Part shown: in pieces, positions 56,445 through 64,000 of the stretch
How positions within the stretch are numbered: the first letter of the stretch is position 1
Layout: each line of letters begins with the position of its first letter
Virus record (IMG/VR): IMGVR_UViG_2974656638_000001
Location: 1-64,000 of that record
Source of the DNA: a virus
Taxonomy: Duplodnaviria; Caudoviricetes
DNA length: 64,000 bases
Direction: 5' to 3' (one strand)
Notes under the pieces: generated by a model
Told to the model about the DNA's origin: nothing
Database searches by the model: none
The model's input: only the letters and a program-made list of their open reading frames with translations
Position numbers and translations under genes: made by a program

Positions 56445-57476
56445 TTGTTAAAAAAAATAAAAATATTAGAACCACTAAACCCTAACAAATCAACAGCGAT
56501 TATTAATGGAGAGGCTAGTGGTATCGTAAACTGGAACGATATTCGGTATCCGTCTTTCTATCGAGCTTACAAAGAGTTAACTACAAATTACTGGTTGCCT
56601 GATGAGGTAGATATGAAGAGCGATGCCAAACAGTACAACCACTTATCCGAAGAAGAGAAGTATGCGTTTGACTCCATTATCGGACTTTTAGCTACACTTG
56701 ACTCACCCCAAACACGTTTTATTTATAACATTGCAGAGTATGTCAGTGATGCCTCCGTTCATGCTATTACAGCTATCATTGCACAACAAGAAGCTATTCA
56801 TAATGAGAGTTATTCTTATGTACTTGCTTCTATTACTAACTTACAAGAGCAGAATCGAGTATTTGAGGAAGCTAGAACACACCCTACGATTATTAAACGT
56901 AATGCACCTATTATGAAGTCTTATGACGATTTCATGAATAACAAAACACCTGAGAATATGGTAAAAGCTTTAGTACAGTCATCTATCTTAGAGGGTATTA
57001 ATTTCTACAGCGGTTTTGCTTACTTCTACAACCTCGTTCGTCAAAACAAGATGACGGGGACAGGTAAAATCATTAGCTTCATTAATCGTGATGAATTAGC
57101 CCATTCGAAATTTATTTCTGAGCTAATTAGAGCTATTGTAGGGGAAAACCCTGAACTACAAACAGATGAACTAAATGACTACGTGTACGCTTCTTTTAGA
57201 CATGCCGTAGAGCTAGAACAAGCGTGGTCTAGTGAGGTACTACAAGGCATTGAAGGAATTGATGTGGAAGAAATGTTAGACTATGTAAAATATCGTGCTA
57301 ATAAAATGTTAGGGATGTTAGGTCTTCAACCAATGTATCAAGGTCACACAGAAAATTCTATGACATGGATTAAAGCTTACGCCGATAACTTTACAGAAAC
57401 AAAAACCGACTTTTTCGAAATGCGTAATTCTAGTTACAAGAAAACAAATTTAGACAATGGGTTCGATGACTTATGA
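56445..57476 (+). CDS. nrdB: Class I ribonucleotide reductase beta subunit
   Basis: WLPDEV, LDSPQ, EAIHNESY, LEGINFYSGF, RDELAH, DFFE. Confidence 0.95.
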   Translation: MLKKIKILEPLNPNKSTAIINGEASGIVNWNDIRYPSFYRAYKELTTNYWLPDEVDMKSDAKQYNHLSEEEKYAFDSIIGLLATLDSPQTRFIYNIAEYVSDASVHAITAIIAQQEAIHNESYSYVLASITNLQEQNRVFEEARTHPTIIKRNAPIMKSYDDFMNNKTPENMVKALVQSSILEGINFYSGFAYFYNLVRQNKMTGTGKIISFINRDELAHSKFISELIRAIVGENPELQTDELNDYVYASFRHAVELEQAWSSEVLQGIEGIDVEEMLDYVKYRANKMLGMLGLQPMYQGHTENSMTWIKAYADNFTETKTDFFEMRNSSYKKTNLDNGFDDL

Positions 57477-57925
57477 GGGTAGGGATTTTATATTCTTCAT
57501 TGAGTGGTAACACTAGTGAACTAGCTCAAGGAATTAAAGATAACTTGGAGGAACTAGCAGTAGAGGTGAAATCTTTTCATATTGAAAGAGAAGACCAAAT
57601 GACTAATGAAGTAATCCCTTATCTATCTAATTGTGACCTGATTATGGTAGGTACATGGACAACAGATTACGGAGTCATCCCTGAGGAGATGGAAGAGGCT
57701 TTAGAAAAGTATGACTATACTTGGGTAGATAAGCCTGTTGCTGTATTTGGAACAGGAGAAACCCAGTGGGGTATGGAATACTTCTGTGGAGCTAATGACA
57801 AAATAGCCAAAAAGTACCACTCTCCTTTTGATACACTTAAAATAGAGCAGTTTATTATCACAGAAGAGCAAGAAAATAAGCTATTAAGTTGGGTTACTGA
57901 TATAGTTAAGCACTGGAGGGAGTAG
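57473..57925 (+). CDS. Flavodoxin (NrdI-like, RNR-associated)
   Basis: YSSLSGNT, GTWT, VFGTG, FCGA. Confidence 0.88.
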   Translation: MRVGILYSSLSGNTSELAQGIKDNLEELAVEVKSFHIEREDQMTNEVIPYLSNCDLIMVGTWTTDYGVIPEEMEEALEKYDYTWVDKPVAVFGTGETQWGMEYFCGANDKIAKKYHSPFDTLKIEQFIITEEQENKLLSWVTDIVKHWRE

Positions 57926-57927
57926 CT

Positions 57928-58224
57928 ATGTACGAGCTAGAAAAACTTCTAGGTAAAGATAAACATGGAAATCAGATAAGAATTGGAGATAGACTAAGTT
58001 TACAACTAGATGATGGGGAGTACCGAGAGTGCGTAGTAGCGGTTAGAAAAGTTAATACTATCGTGCTTAACCCTGTAGCTTTAACTAGTAAAAGTGAAAC
58101 TGTAAGTGTAACAGGTGTATTCTTTGTAGTTACTGACCCACATACAGGAGAAGAACTACCTTTACTACCTAAAGTAGATAGTAACGGTGTGGTAGACACT
58201 CAAAAAGCAGAAATAATCTTATAA
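57928..58224 (+). CDS. Hypothetical protein (YopX-like GKDKHG..I..GD motif)
   Basis: GGAGGG RBS; motif resemblance only. Confidence 0.65.
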   Translation: MYELEKLLGKDKHGNQIRIGDRLSLQLDDGEYRECVVAVRKVNTIVLNPVALTSKSETVSVTGVFFVVTDPHTGEELPLLPKVDSNGVVDTQKAEIIL

Positions 58225-58247
58225 TTTTATAGAAAGAAGGAAAACAA

Positions 58248-58558
58248 GTGCATTCAGTAGAAGTAGAAAAGAAAGAACAGTTAGCGGACATTGTATCACA
58301 AGACAAGGTTGTATTAAAGTTTTATAAGGATAACTGTAGCCCTTGTAAGATAGTAGGTATGTCTATTGAGGAAGCTAGTAGTAATATAAAAGAGGATATT
58401 ACTATCGCTAATGTTAAGTTAGAAACTTTAGGAGAGGAAGTCTTCTTTGATTTCGGCATCAAAGGCACACCTACACTGTTGTTAGTAGAAAAAGGAATAG
58501 AGAAAAAGAGACATAGTGGGTTTATTTCCCCTGATGACTCCAAGAGTTTGTTAAATAA
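58248..58558 (+). CDS. Thioredoxin-like protein; its natural stop TAA (58556-58558) is out of frame because of an apparent 1-nt deletion near 58537
   Basis: FYKDNCSPC, GTPTL; one added A gives PDELQEFVK*, directly followed by a terminator. Confidence 0.8.
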
Positions 58559-58613
58559 GAGAGGCTTAGGCTTCTCTTTTTTTGTTGACATTTACAAGTT
58601 TATATGGTATAGT
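58557..58613 (+). promoter_or_regulatory. Terminator (58557-58583) plus sigmaA promoter TTGACA-17-(TG)TATAGT (58585-58613)
   Basis: AAGAGAGGC-TTAG-GCTTCTCTT plus T tract; consensus promoter. Confidence 0.8.
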
Positions 58614-58640
58614 AACAGTAACAGAGGGGAGGTAAAAAAA

Positions 58641-58940
58641 ATGACAAAAAAGAATATTAAAATAACGAGTAAGACAGAGGTAAAAAATAGCTCTGTTGAG
58701 GCAGGAGACATCTTCTACATTGAAGGGGTGTCTAAGGGGCTTACTAATTTGTCTGGTTTGTATATAGTGACATTTGATTTTCATGCAACAGAAGAGTCGC
58801 TGTCTAGGTACGCTCTAGTTTCTTTGGAGACAGGGATGTTAAACACCATTTCCATCAACCAGTTTTCTCTAGAAGAAAAAATAGGGTGTATAGTGAAGGT
58901 GAATAATATAGAAATAGTAGCAAATACTAAGGAGGTATAA
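58641..58940 (+). CDS. Hypothetical protein (99 aa)
   Basis: GGGGAGG RBS before ATG 58641; has its own promoter. Confidence 0.78.
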   Translation: MTKKNIKITSKTEVKNSSVEAGDIFYIEGVSKGLTNLSGLYIVTFDFHATEESLSRYALVSLETGMLNTISINQFSLEEKIGCIVKVNNIEIVANTKEV

Positions 58941-58942
58941 CT

Positions 58943-59080
58943 ATGAAAGTAGGAGAAAAAGTAGTAATTAAAGGTGAAGTAGTTCACGTAAATGGTTCTT
59001 TGGTAAAAGTAGAGACAAAAAATAGTTCTTTTTGGGTAAACAAAGAAGACCTAAAGAAAGATAAGAGTAGTGGTAAGTAG
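58943..59080 (+). CDS. Small protein (45 aa), SH3/KOW-like beta barrel (absent from the ORF track)
   Basis: AAGGAGG RBS; MKVGEKVVIKGEVVHVNGSLVKVETKNSSFWVNKEDLKK. Confidence 0.78.
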   Translation: MKVGEKVVIKGEVVHVNGSLVKVETKNSSFWVNKEDLKKDKSSGK

Positions 59081-59082
59081 GT

Positions 59083-60270
59083 ATGGCACACTTAATTGAA
59101 AAGCTAAGACTATATAAAAAACCAGAAGAGGTCGTAAGAGGAACATCAGTAAAAGCACAGCATATTTATGTTGCAAATGATGAAGCAAAGTCATTTTCAG
59201 GAGCCGAAAAATGGGCGGGAACGTCTGCCTATACCTTGACAAGTAAGAACGAATTTACAAATGTAACTATTCACTCTCTAGACATTAGAGGAGAGGGAGG
59301 CAGAGCTTACCAAGTTACACTAAATCACGATAATAATACTTATTTATGTGACTTAAGGGAAACTCAATTAATGGAAACTATTCGTAACGTAGGAATTGAG
59401 GCTGGCGGAAAGTTAATTGGAACTTACAGCTTTATTGCTGACGGCTCACAGAAAGTTCTAGTAAGGATAGGTTCAGACGCGTATGCAAAAGCAAGTGAAC
59501 AAGCGGAGACTAAAAATAAGGCAAAGAGAATTCCCAAGAAGGAGCTAGAAGTAGGAGGAGTATACGCACCTAAGGCTACTTATTTAGGAACAAATGACTC
59601 CCTAGACTTATATATAGGGGACTTGTATAGAAATGAAATTGTAGACGATAACCCTTGGTACCGAGGGTACTACGAACGAAGAATAGAATTAGGGAAGCGT
59701 AAGAAGTTCTCTGTAAGCTTAAATGTAGCATTACATGAGGGACAGGTATGTGTTCCAACATACAGAGAAGCTGAAATCATACCTGTATTTCTAACAGACG
59801 ATGGGGTTACTTCACTAAATATTAGCAACCAGCTAGGGCGTTTATCCCCAAGAATGGACTTAAAATCAAGCCCTAATTTCTTTGGAAAGGTAGGGGAGGC
59901 TCCTGAAATTAAAACAACAGCAGAGTTCTTAGAATGTTTAAGACGTGGCTTAGAAGCTCGCATTGAAGCTTTACCTAGTAAAATAGAGGGCAATATTTTA
60001 AAGGGAAACTTAAGGTTACAAAACGTTATCCCTGAAATGGAGACTATACTCAAGTTAATAGGACTCAATACTACGATTGAAAAGCCTAAATACTCCGCTA
60101 GTTTTGTTAACAAAATAAAAAATATAAAATATATAGTTATAGCAGAACGTAACCAAAAAGGGACGTTAACCGCATCGGAAAGTACAGACTTCCATCAGTT
60201 TAGTCGTGCTTTTGATGACTTAATGTCCAATATTTTAGAGGTTATTATAGTAGAGGAGGAAAATAATTGA
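59083..60270 (+). CDS. Hypothetical protein (395 aa), translationally coupled to the PRPS-like gene
   Basis: Long ORF; TTGA overlap at 60267-60270. Confidence 0.8.
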   Translation: MAHLIEKLRLYKKPEEVVRGTSVKAQHIYVANDEAKSFSGAEKWAGTSAYTLTSKNEFTNVTIHSLDIRGEGGRAYQVTLNHDNNTYLCDLRETQLMETIRNVGIEAGGKLIGTYSFIADGSQKVLVRIGSDAYAKASEQAETKNKAKRIPKKELEVGGVYAPKATYLGTNDSLDLYIGDLYRNEIVDDNPWYRGYYERRIELGKRKKFSVSLNVALHEGQVCVPTYREAEIIPVFLTDDGVTSLNISNQLGRLSPRMDLKSSPNFFGKVGEAPEIKTTAEFLECLRRGLEARIEALPSKIEGNILKGNLRLQNVIPEMETILKLIGLNTTIEKPKYSASFVNKIKNIKYIVIAERNQKGTLTASESTDFHQFSRAFDDLMSNILEVIIVEEENN

Positions 60271-61181
60271 CGTTATATATGAATGGTAAAAAAGTACATG
60301 AGAGTACTTTCCCCAATGGGGAGATTAATATCATGCCTGATGAAAATTTATGGGTACTTGAGGAGGAGAAAGCAGAGATTACTTGGCAGTACTCAGGAAA
60401 CGGTGCAGAAGACTTGCTAGCTGTCAGACTACTAGTGAACAGTATAAGAGAGCACAACAAGAAACATAATAGCATTAATTTAACAGTTCTTTATATGCCA
60501 TACAGCAGAATGGATAGACTTCAAGGAAATCAGCCCTTTAGCTTACTAGAGTATTTTAAAATGTTCCCTCAAGTTGACAAACTAGAAATAGTGGAACCTC
60601 ATTCAGACGTTACAGGGAGTATTGCTAGAAAACTTATTGACAGTGGAACTTACTACTCAGAGCGGTTTGCTACAGTAGAGATGCTACCAGAAGTGTTAGC
60701 AGAAGAGTTGTCTAATACTTGGTGGGAACCTGTATTAGTCTATCCTGATAAAGGAGCAAAAGACAGATATGACAAATTAGCAACTGATTCTGATTATTCA
60801 TTCAGAAGAGCTACTGAAAACAGACGAGTACTATTTGGAAATAAAGTACGGGACTTTGATACAGGTAGAATTAAAAGTTTAGAGCTAGTAGGGGAACCAC
60901 CTACTAGAAAAGGATGGACAGCTATTATTGTCGATGATTTAACTTCTTATGGTGGAACTTTTGTAAAAACAGCTACAGAGGCTATAAAGTTAGGAGCAAG
61001 CCGAGTAGTACTACTAGTAGCTCATATGGAAGGTAGCGCCACTAAGGGAGAATTATTTGAATCTATTGATAAGGTGTATACTACGAACAGTATGGAAGCT
61101 AGCTACACACCAGAAGAGCTAAAAGAAGTAGAAAGATATAAAAAACTAGGGTTACTAGACGTAACTAATATTATAAAATAA
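60267..61181 (+). CDS. Ribose-phosphate pyrophosphokinase-like protein; probable ADP-ribose pyrophosphokinase (Adps of NARP1)
   Basis: FPNGE, YMPYSRMDR, EPHS, PDKGA, IVDDLTSYGGTF; adjacent to the NAMPT-like gene. Confidence 0.88.
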   Translation: MTLYMNGKKVHESTFPNGEINIMPDENLWVLEEEKAEITWQYSGNGAEDLLAVRLLVNSIREHNKKHNSINLTVLYMPYSRMDRLQGNQPFSLLEYFKMFPQVDKLEIVEPHSDVTGSIARKLIDSGTYYSERFATVEMLPEVLAEELSNTWWEPVLVYPDKGAKDRYDKLATDSDYSFRRATENRRVLFGNKVRDFDTGRIKSLELVGEPPTRKGWTAIIVDDLTSYGGTFVKTATEAIKLGASRVVLLVAHMEGSATKGELFESIDKVYTTNSMEASYTPEELKEVERYKKLGLLDVTNIIK

Positions 61182-61191
61182 GGAGGAAAAT

Positions 61192-62985
61192 ATGCGTAAA
61201 TTAAATGAAATTTCTATGTTAATGAGTGATTGCTATAAATTTGGTCACATGTCTTTATACCCGAAAGGTATCACACAGGTGTATAGTACACTTGTTCCTC
61301 GGGATAATACTTACTTTTTTGGAGGTCGTACAGATAAAATGGTTGTCTTTGGATACCAGATGTTTGTACAACGTTTCCTGTTAGAACATTTTAATAAAAA
61401 CTTTTTCGAGTTACCTATTGAGACTGTAAAAGAGGACTACCACTATGTAGTTAGTAACGCTTTAGGGGAGAAGAATGCTCGGACAGAACATATCGAAGCA
61501 CTGCACAAGCTAGGATACTTACCTATAAAAGTAAGAGCCCTTCCAGAGGGTACCTTAGTTCCTATGCGTGTACCTGTGTTAACCATTGAAAATACACACC
61601 CTGACTTTGCTTGGTTAACTAATTTCTTAGAAACAGTATTACTATCTCAAACCTTCTTACCTGCAACAGTAGCCACTACTGCTTTAGAAGCTAAGAAAAT
61701 TATGACTAAGTATGGAGAAGAAACTTGTGATAACTTAGACCATATTATGTTCCAAGGTCATGATTTTTCGGAGAGAGGGCAACACTCTAATGAGGCTTCC
61801 TTGTTAGCAGGTATGGGACATTTAGTAAACTTTGCAGGTTCAGATACTATTCAAGCTAGTGTGATGGCTCACAACTACTACAGTGCTGATTTAGAGAAGG
61901 AACTCGTTCTTAAGTCGGTGACAGCATCAGAACACTCCGTTATGCAAAGCTACGGTACAGATGAAGTAGAGACATTCTCAACACTAATAGACAATAACCC
62001 TGATGGTATCTTGTCTCTAGTTAGTGATACGTATGACTATTACGGTGTACTTACAGAAGTTCTTCCAAAACTTAAAGATAAAATTATGAATCGAAATGGT
62101 AAACTAGTAATTAGACCTGATAGTGGAAACCCTGTAGACATTATTGCTGGACGTGACTATATAGAGTTTGGAACTAATTGGTTTAACTATCATATAACTA
62201 AAGAGAACTTAGTAAAAGCAGTAACCACTCGATACGAGCAGTCATGCTCAAACAAACCCTCAATAGGTCAAAGAGTCGATATTGTAGACTACCTAAATCT
62301 ATTTGTAGATAGCGACTATATTTATAATAATGATATTGTTGATAAAGAGAAAAAATTAGTATCAGGGTATTATAAAGTAACATTAAGTGCCGTTTTCCTT
62401 GGTGAAGACCTGTGTAACCCTTATAAAGTAGACAAACTTGAACTAGAAGATTACCAACCAACCCCTGAGGATAAAGGTTCTCTACAACTACTATGGGAAA
62501 CCTTTGGTGGAAGTGTAAATGAGAAAGGGTACAAAGTTTTAGACGAGCATATTGGTTTACTGTACGGGGAGGGTATTGACTTAGAAATGTTAGAGAAGAT
62601 TTTTACTCGTATGGGTGAAAAAGGGTTTGCTTCTAGTAACGTAGTATTTGGTCTTGGTGCTTATATGTACTCCTTCTCTCTTTCCAGAGACAGTTTTGCC
62701 CAAGCAATAAAGAGCCAAATGGTAGTTATTAATGGGGAAGAAAAATTAATCTTTAAGAATCCTAAGACAGATACTAATCATATTAAGAAATCTCTTAAAG
62801 GAAGAGTGTGTGTTACAAAAAAAGAAGGAACATATGAAGTTACAGATGCTTTAACAGCTAAAGAAGAAGCCAACCTTGAAAACTTAAACGAGCTGAATGT
62901 AATTTTTGAAGATGGTAAGTTAGCCTATCAAGACTCCTTCCATACTATTAGAGAGCGTTTAGACAGAGAAGCAAAAAAATATTAG
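61192..62985 (+). CDS. Nicotinamide phosphoribosyltransferase-like protein; probable nicotinamide ADP-ribose transferase (Namat of NARP1)
   Basis: SDCYKFGH, HDFSERG, SEHSVM, VSDTYD, IRPDSG, YGEGI, KNPKTD...KKSLKG. Confidence 0.9.
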   Translation: MRKLNEISMLMSDCYKFGHMSLYPKGITQVYSTLVPRDNTYFFGGRTDKMVVFGYQMFVQRFLLEHFNKNFFELPIETVKEDYHYVVSNALGEKNARTEHIEALHKLGYLPIKVRALPEGTLVPMRVPVLTIENTHPDFAWLTNFLETVLLSQTFLPATVATTALEAKKIMTKYGEETCDNLDHIMFQGHDFSERGQHSNEASLLAGMGHLVNFAGSDTIQASVMAHNYYSADLEKELVLKSVTASEHSVMQSYGTDEVETFSTLIDNNPDGILSLVSDTYDYYGVLTEVLPKLKDKIMNRNGKLVIRPDSGNPVDIIAGRDYIEFGTNWFNYHITKENLVKAVTTRYEQSCSNKPSIGQRVDIVDYLNLFVDSDYIYNNDIVDKEKKLVSGYYKVTLSAVFLGEDLCNPYKVDKLELEDYQPTPEDKGSLQLLWETFGGSVNEKGYKVLDEHIGLLYGEGIDLEMLEKIFTRMGEKGFASSNVVFGLGAYMYSFSLSRDSFAQAIKSQMVVINGEEKLIFKNPKTDTNHIKKSLKGRVCVTKKEGTYEVTDALTAKEEANLENLNELNVIFEDGKLAYQDSFHTIRERLDREAKKY

Positions 62986-62992
62986 AAAAACG

Positions 62993-63048
62993 AAAGAGCC
63001 TTTAGTGGGCTCTTTTTTGTTGACAATTAAGTAAAAGTGTGGTAAGAT
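62993..63048 (+). promoter_or_regulatory. Terminator (62993-63018) plus sigmaA promoter TTGACA-17-(TG)TAAGAT (63020-63048)
   Basis: AAAGAGCCT/GGGCTCTTT hairpin plus T tract; consensus -35. Confidence 0.75.
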
Positions 63049-63080
63049 ACTAGTATAAATCAATAAAGGAGATGTTTTAT

Positions 63081-64000
63081 TTGCTAGTTAAAGAAAGAAA
63101 ATTACGTACCTCAAAAAATAGTATGCTAGATTTTTTAAAGGAGGGGGAGTTTGTAAGAGCCTTCGGTGACTTATGGTATAGAAAAGATAAGAAACTATAT
63201 AATGTTACACTTAAAGAAATATTTGACATTTATCTGGAGCTTGACGTTTCTATGCTAGAGGCTACTATGCTAGCTTTTAGCACTAAAGAAGGATTCTCAC
63301 CTAAAAAGTATGCGTTAGAAGATTTAAAGGAAGAATATGGTACTAATATAGTAATCGACTTTACTCTTCCTGAGAATAAAGAGGACTTTGTAGTAGATAA
63401 TACAAAAAGTCTGCCTCTATTATGGGACACTTACAGAAGTTATATGCCTAAAACCCAAGCAGAGTTTCACTACAAAAAACCTATTTCTAAGAAAGTGTTG
63501 AAAGAAACTTGGGGGCACGTCCTAGACACAGGCTCACTAAGTGAAGTTAGAAAGAAAATGGTTTTAGGTACAACTGCTAGCATTCGAGGTCTACGTAATT
63601 CGGTAAGTTCGTCAAGAATAAAAACTAGCGGAGAACTAACCGTTACCTCTGCTAAAATGGATTTTAAAACAGGAGTACTTACTTCCGTTGTTAAGCGTGC
63701 AATGGTAGACGAATACGAACTATCTGCGAACGAATATACAGTAAACTTTAATCTTTATAATGCTATGGAGCTTATTAATGACATATCGGACTATAAAGTA
63801 TTAGACAAAGGACACAGAGACCATTACGATTCTAACATGATGTGGGAGATTGTTACAAAGAGTATAACCCATATATACAAAAATATTGAGGATAAGTACA
63901 CCCTCTTAAGGCTAGTATCCTCTCTTACCTCAGGTGTGCAAGGAAGATACTGTAGAAGTGTTCGTTATGAGATAGAAGGCTCAGAGTTGGAACACTCAGA
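63081..64000 (+). CDS. Hypothetical protein, truncated by the window end
   Basis: AAAGGAG then TTG 63081; frame open to 64000 (MLVKERKLRTSKNSMLDF...). Confidence 0.8.
   Translation, partial: MLVKERKLRTSKNSMLDFLKEGEFVRAFGDLWYRKDKKLYNVTLKEIFDIYLELDVSMLEATMLAFSTKEGFSPKKYALEDLKEEYGTNIVIDFTLPENKEDFVVDNTKSLPLLWDTYRSYMPKTQAEFHYKKPISKKVLKETWGHVLDTGSLSEVRKKMVLGTTASIRGLRNSVSSSRIKTSGELTVTSAKMDFKTGVLTSVVKRAMVDEYELSANEYTVNFNLYNAMELINDISDYKVLDKGHRDHYDSNMMWEIVTKSITHIYKNIEDKYTLLRLVSSLTSGVQGRYCRSVRYEIEGSELEHS

Noticed and set aside
60267-62985. NARP2 or classical NAD salvage interpretation
   Set aside because: NARP2 needs an NMN adenylyltransferase (HxGH motif) beside NAMPT and none is in the window; one elsewhere in the genome cannot be excluded.
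642-63430. All other minus-strand and nested alternate-frame ORFs in the track
   Set aside because: They overlap well-supported + strand genes, are Ser/Phe/Leu-biased mirror translations and lack recognisable motifs.
1-64000. tRNA genes, CRISPR arrays, IS elements, integrase, DGR
   Set aside because: Intergenic gaps are short and explained by terminators and promoters; no cloverleaf, spacer array, transposase, integrase or reverse transcriptase was recognised by eye. tRNAscan was not run.

Overview
64 kb from a large, lytic, contractile-tailed Listeria phage of the A511/P100 type (Herelleviridae). The assignment rests on a recognisable 341-aa Ply511/PlyP100-type endolysin, Cps and Tsh, and the gene order. 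All credible genes are on the + strand. Order: terminase (split by a group I intron), lysis genes, head, neck, tail, baseplate and receptor-binding genes (to about 41.6 kb); replication/recombination genes (helicases, SbcD/SbcC, primase, dUTPase, resolvase); a host-like nrdA(intron)-nrdB-flavodoxin-thioredoxin block; then a sigmaA-promoter operon ending in a PRPP-synthetase-like plus NAMPT-like gene pair, the layout of the NARP1 NAD+-reconstitution anti-defence pathway. Signals not shown by the ORF track: two related ORF-less group I introns in catalytic motifs, one with a likely decayed homing-endonuclease tail; a hairpin that sequesters the endolysin RBS and contains the late promoter; a probable +1 frameshift (UUU_CGC) in the tail chaperone; a duplicated two-promoter module; a GNAT-like domain in a gene next to the terminase; a copy of the capsid cleavage arm inside the prohead protease; single-base frameshifts in sbcC and thioredoxin. 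No tRNA, rRNA or CRISPR array was seen. All product calls come from motif recognition and synteny; no database search was run.
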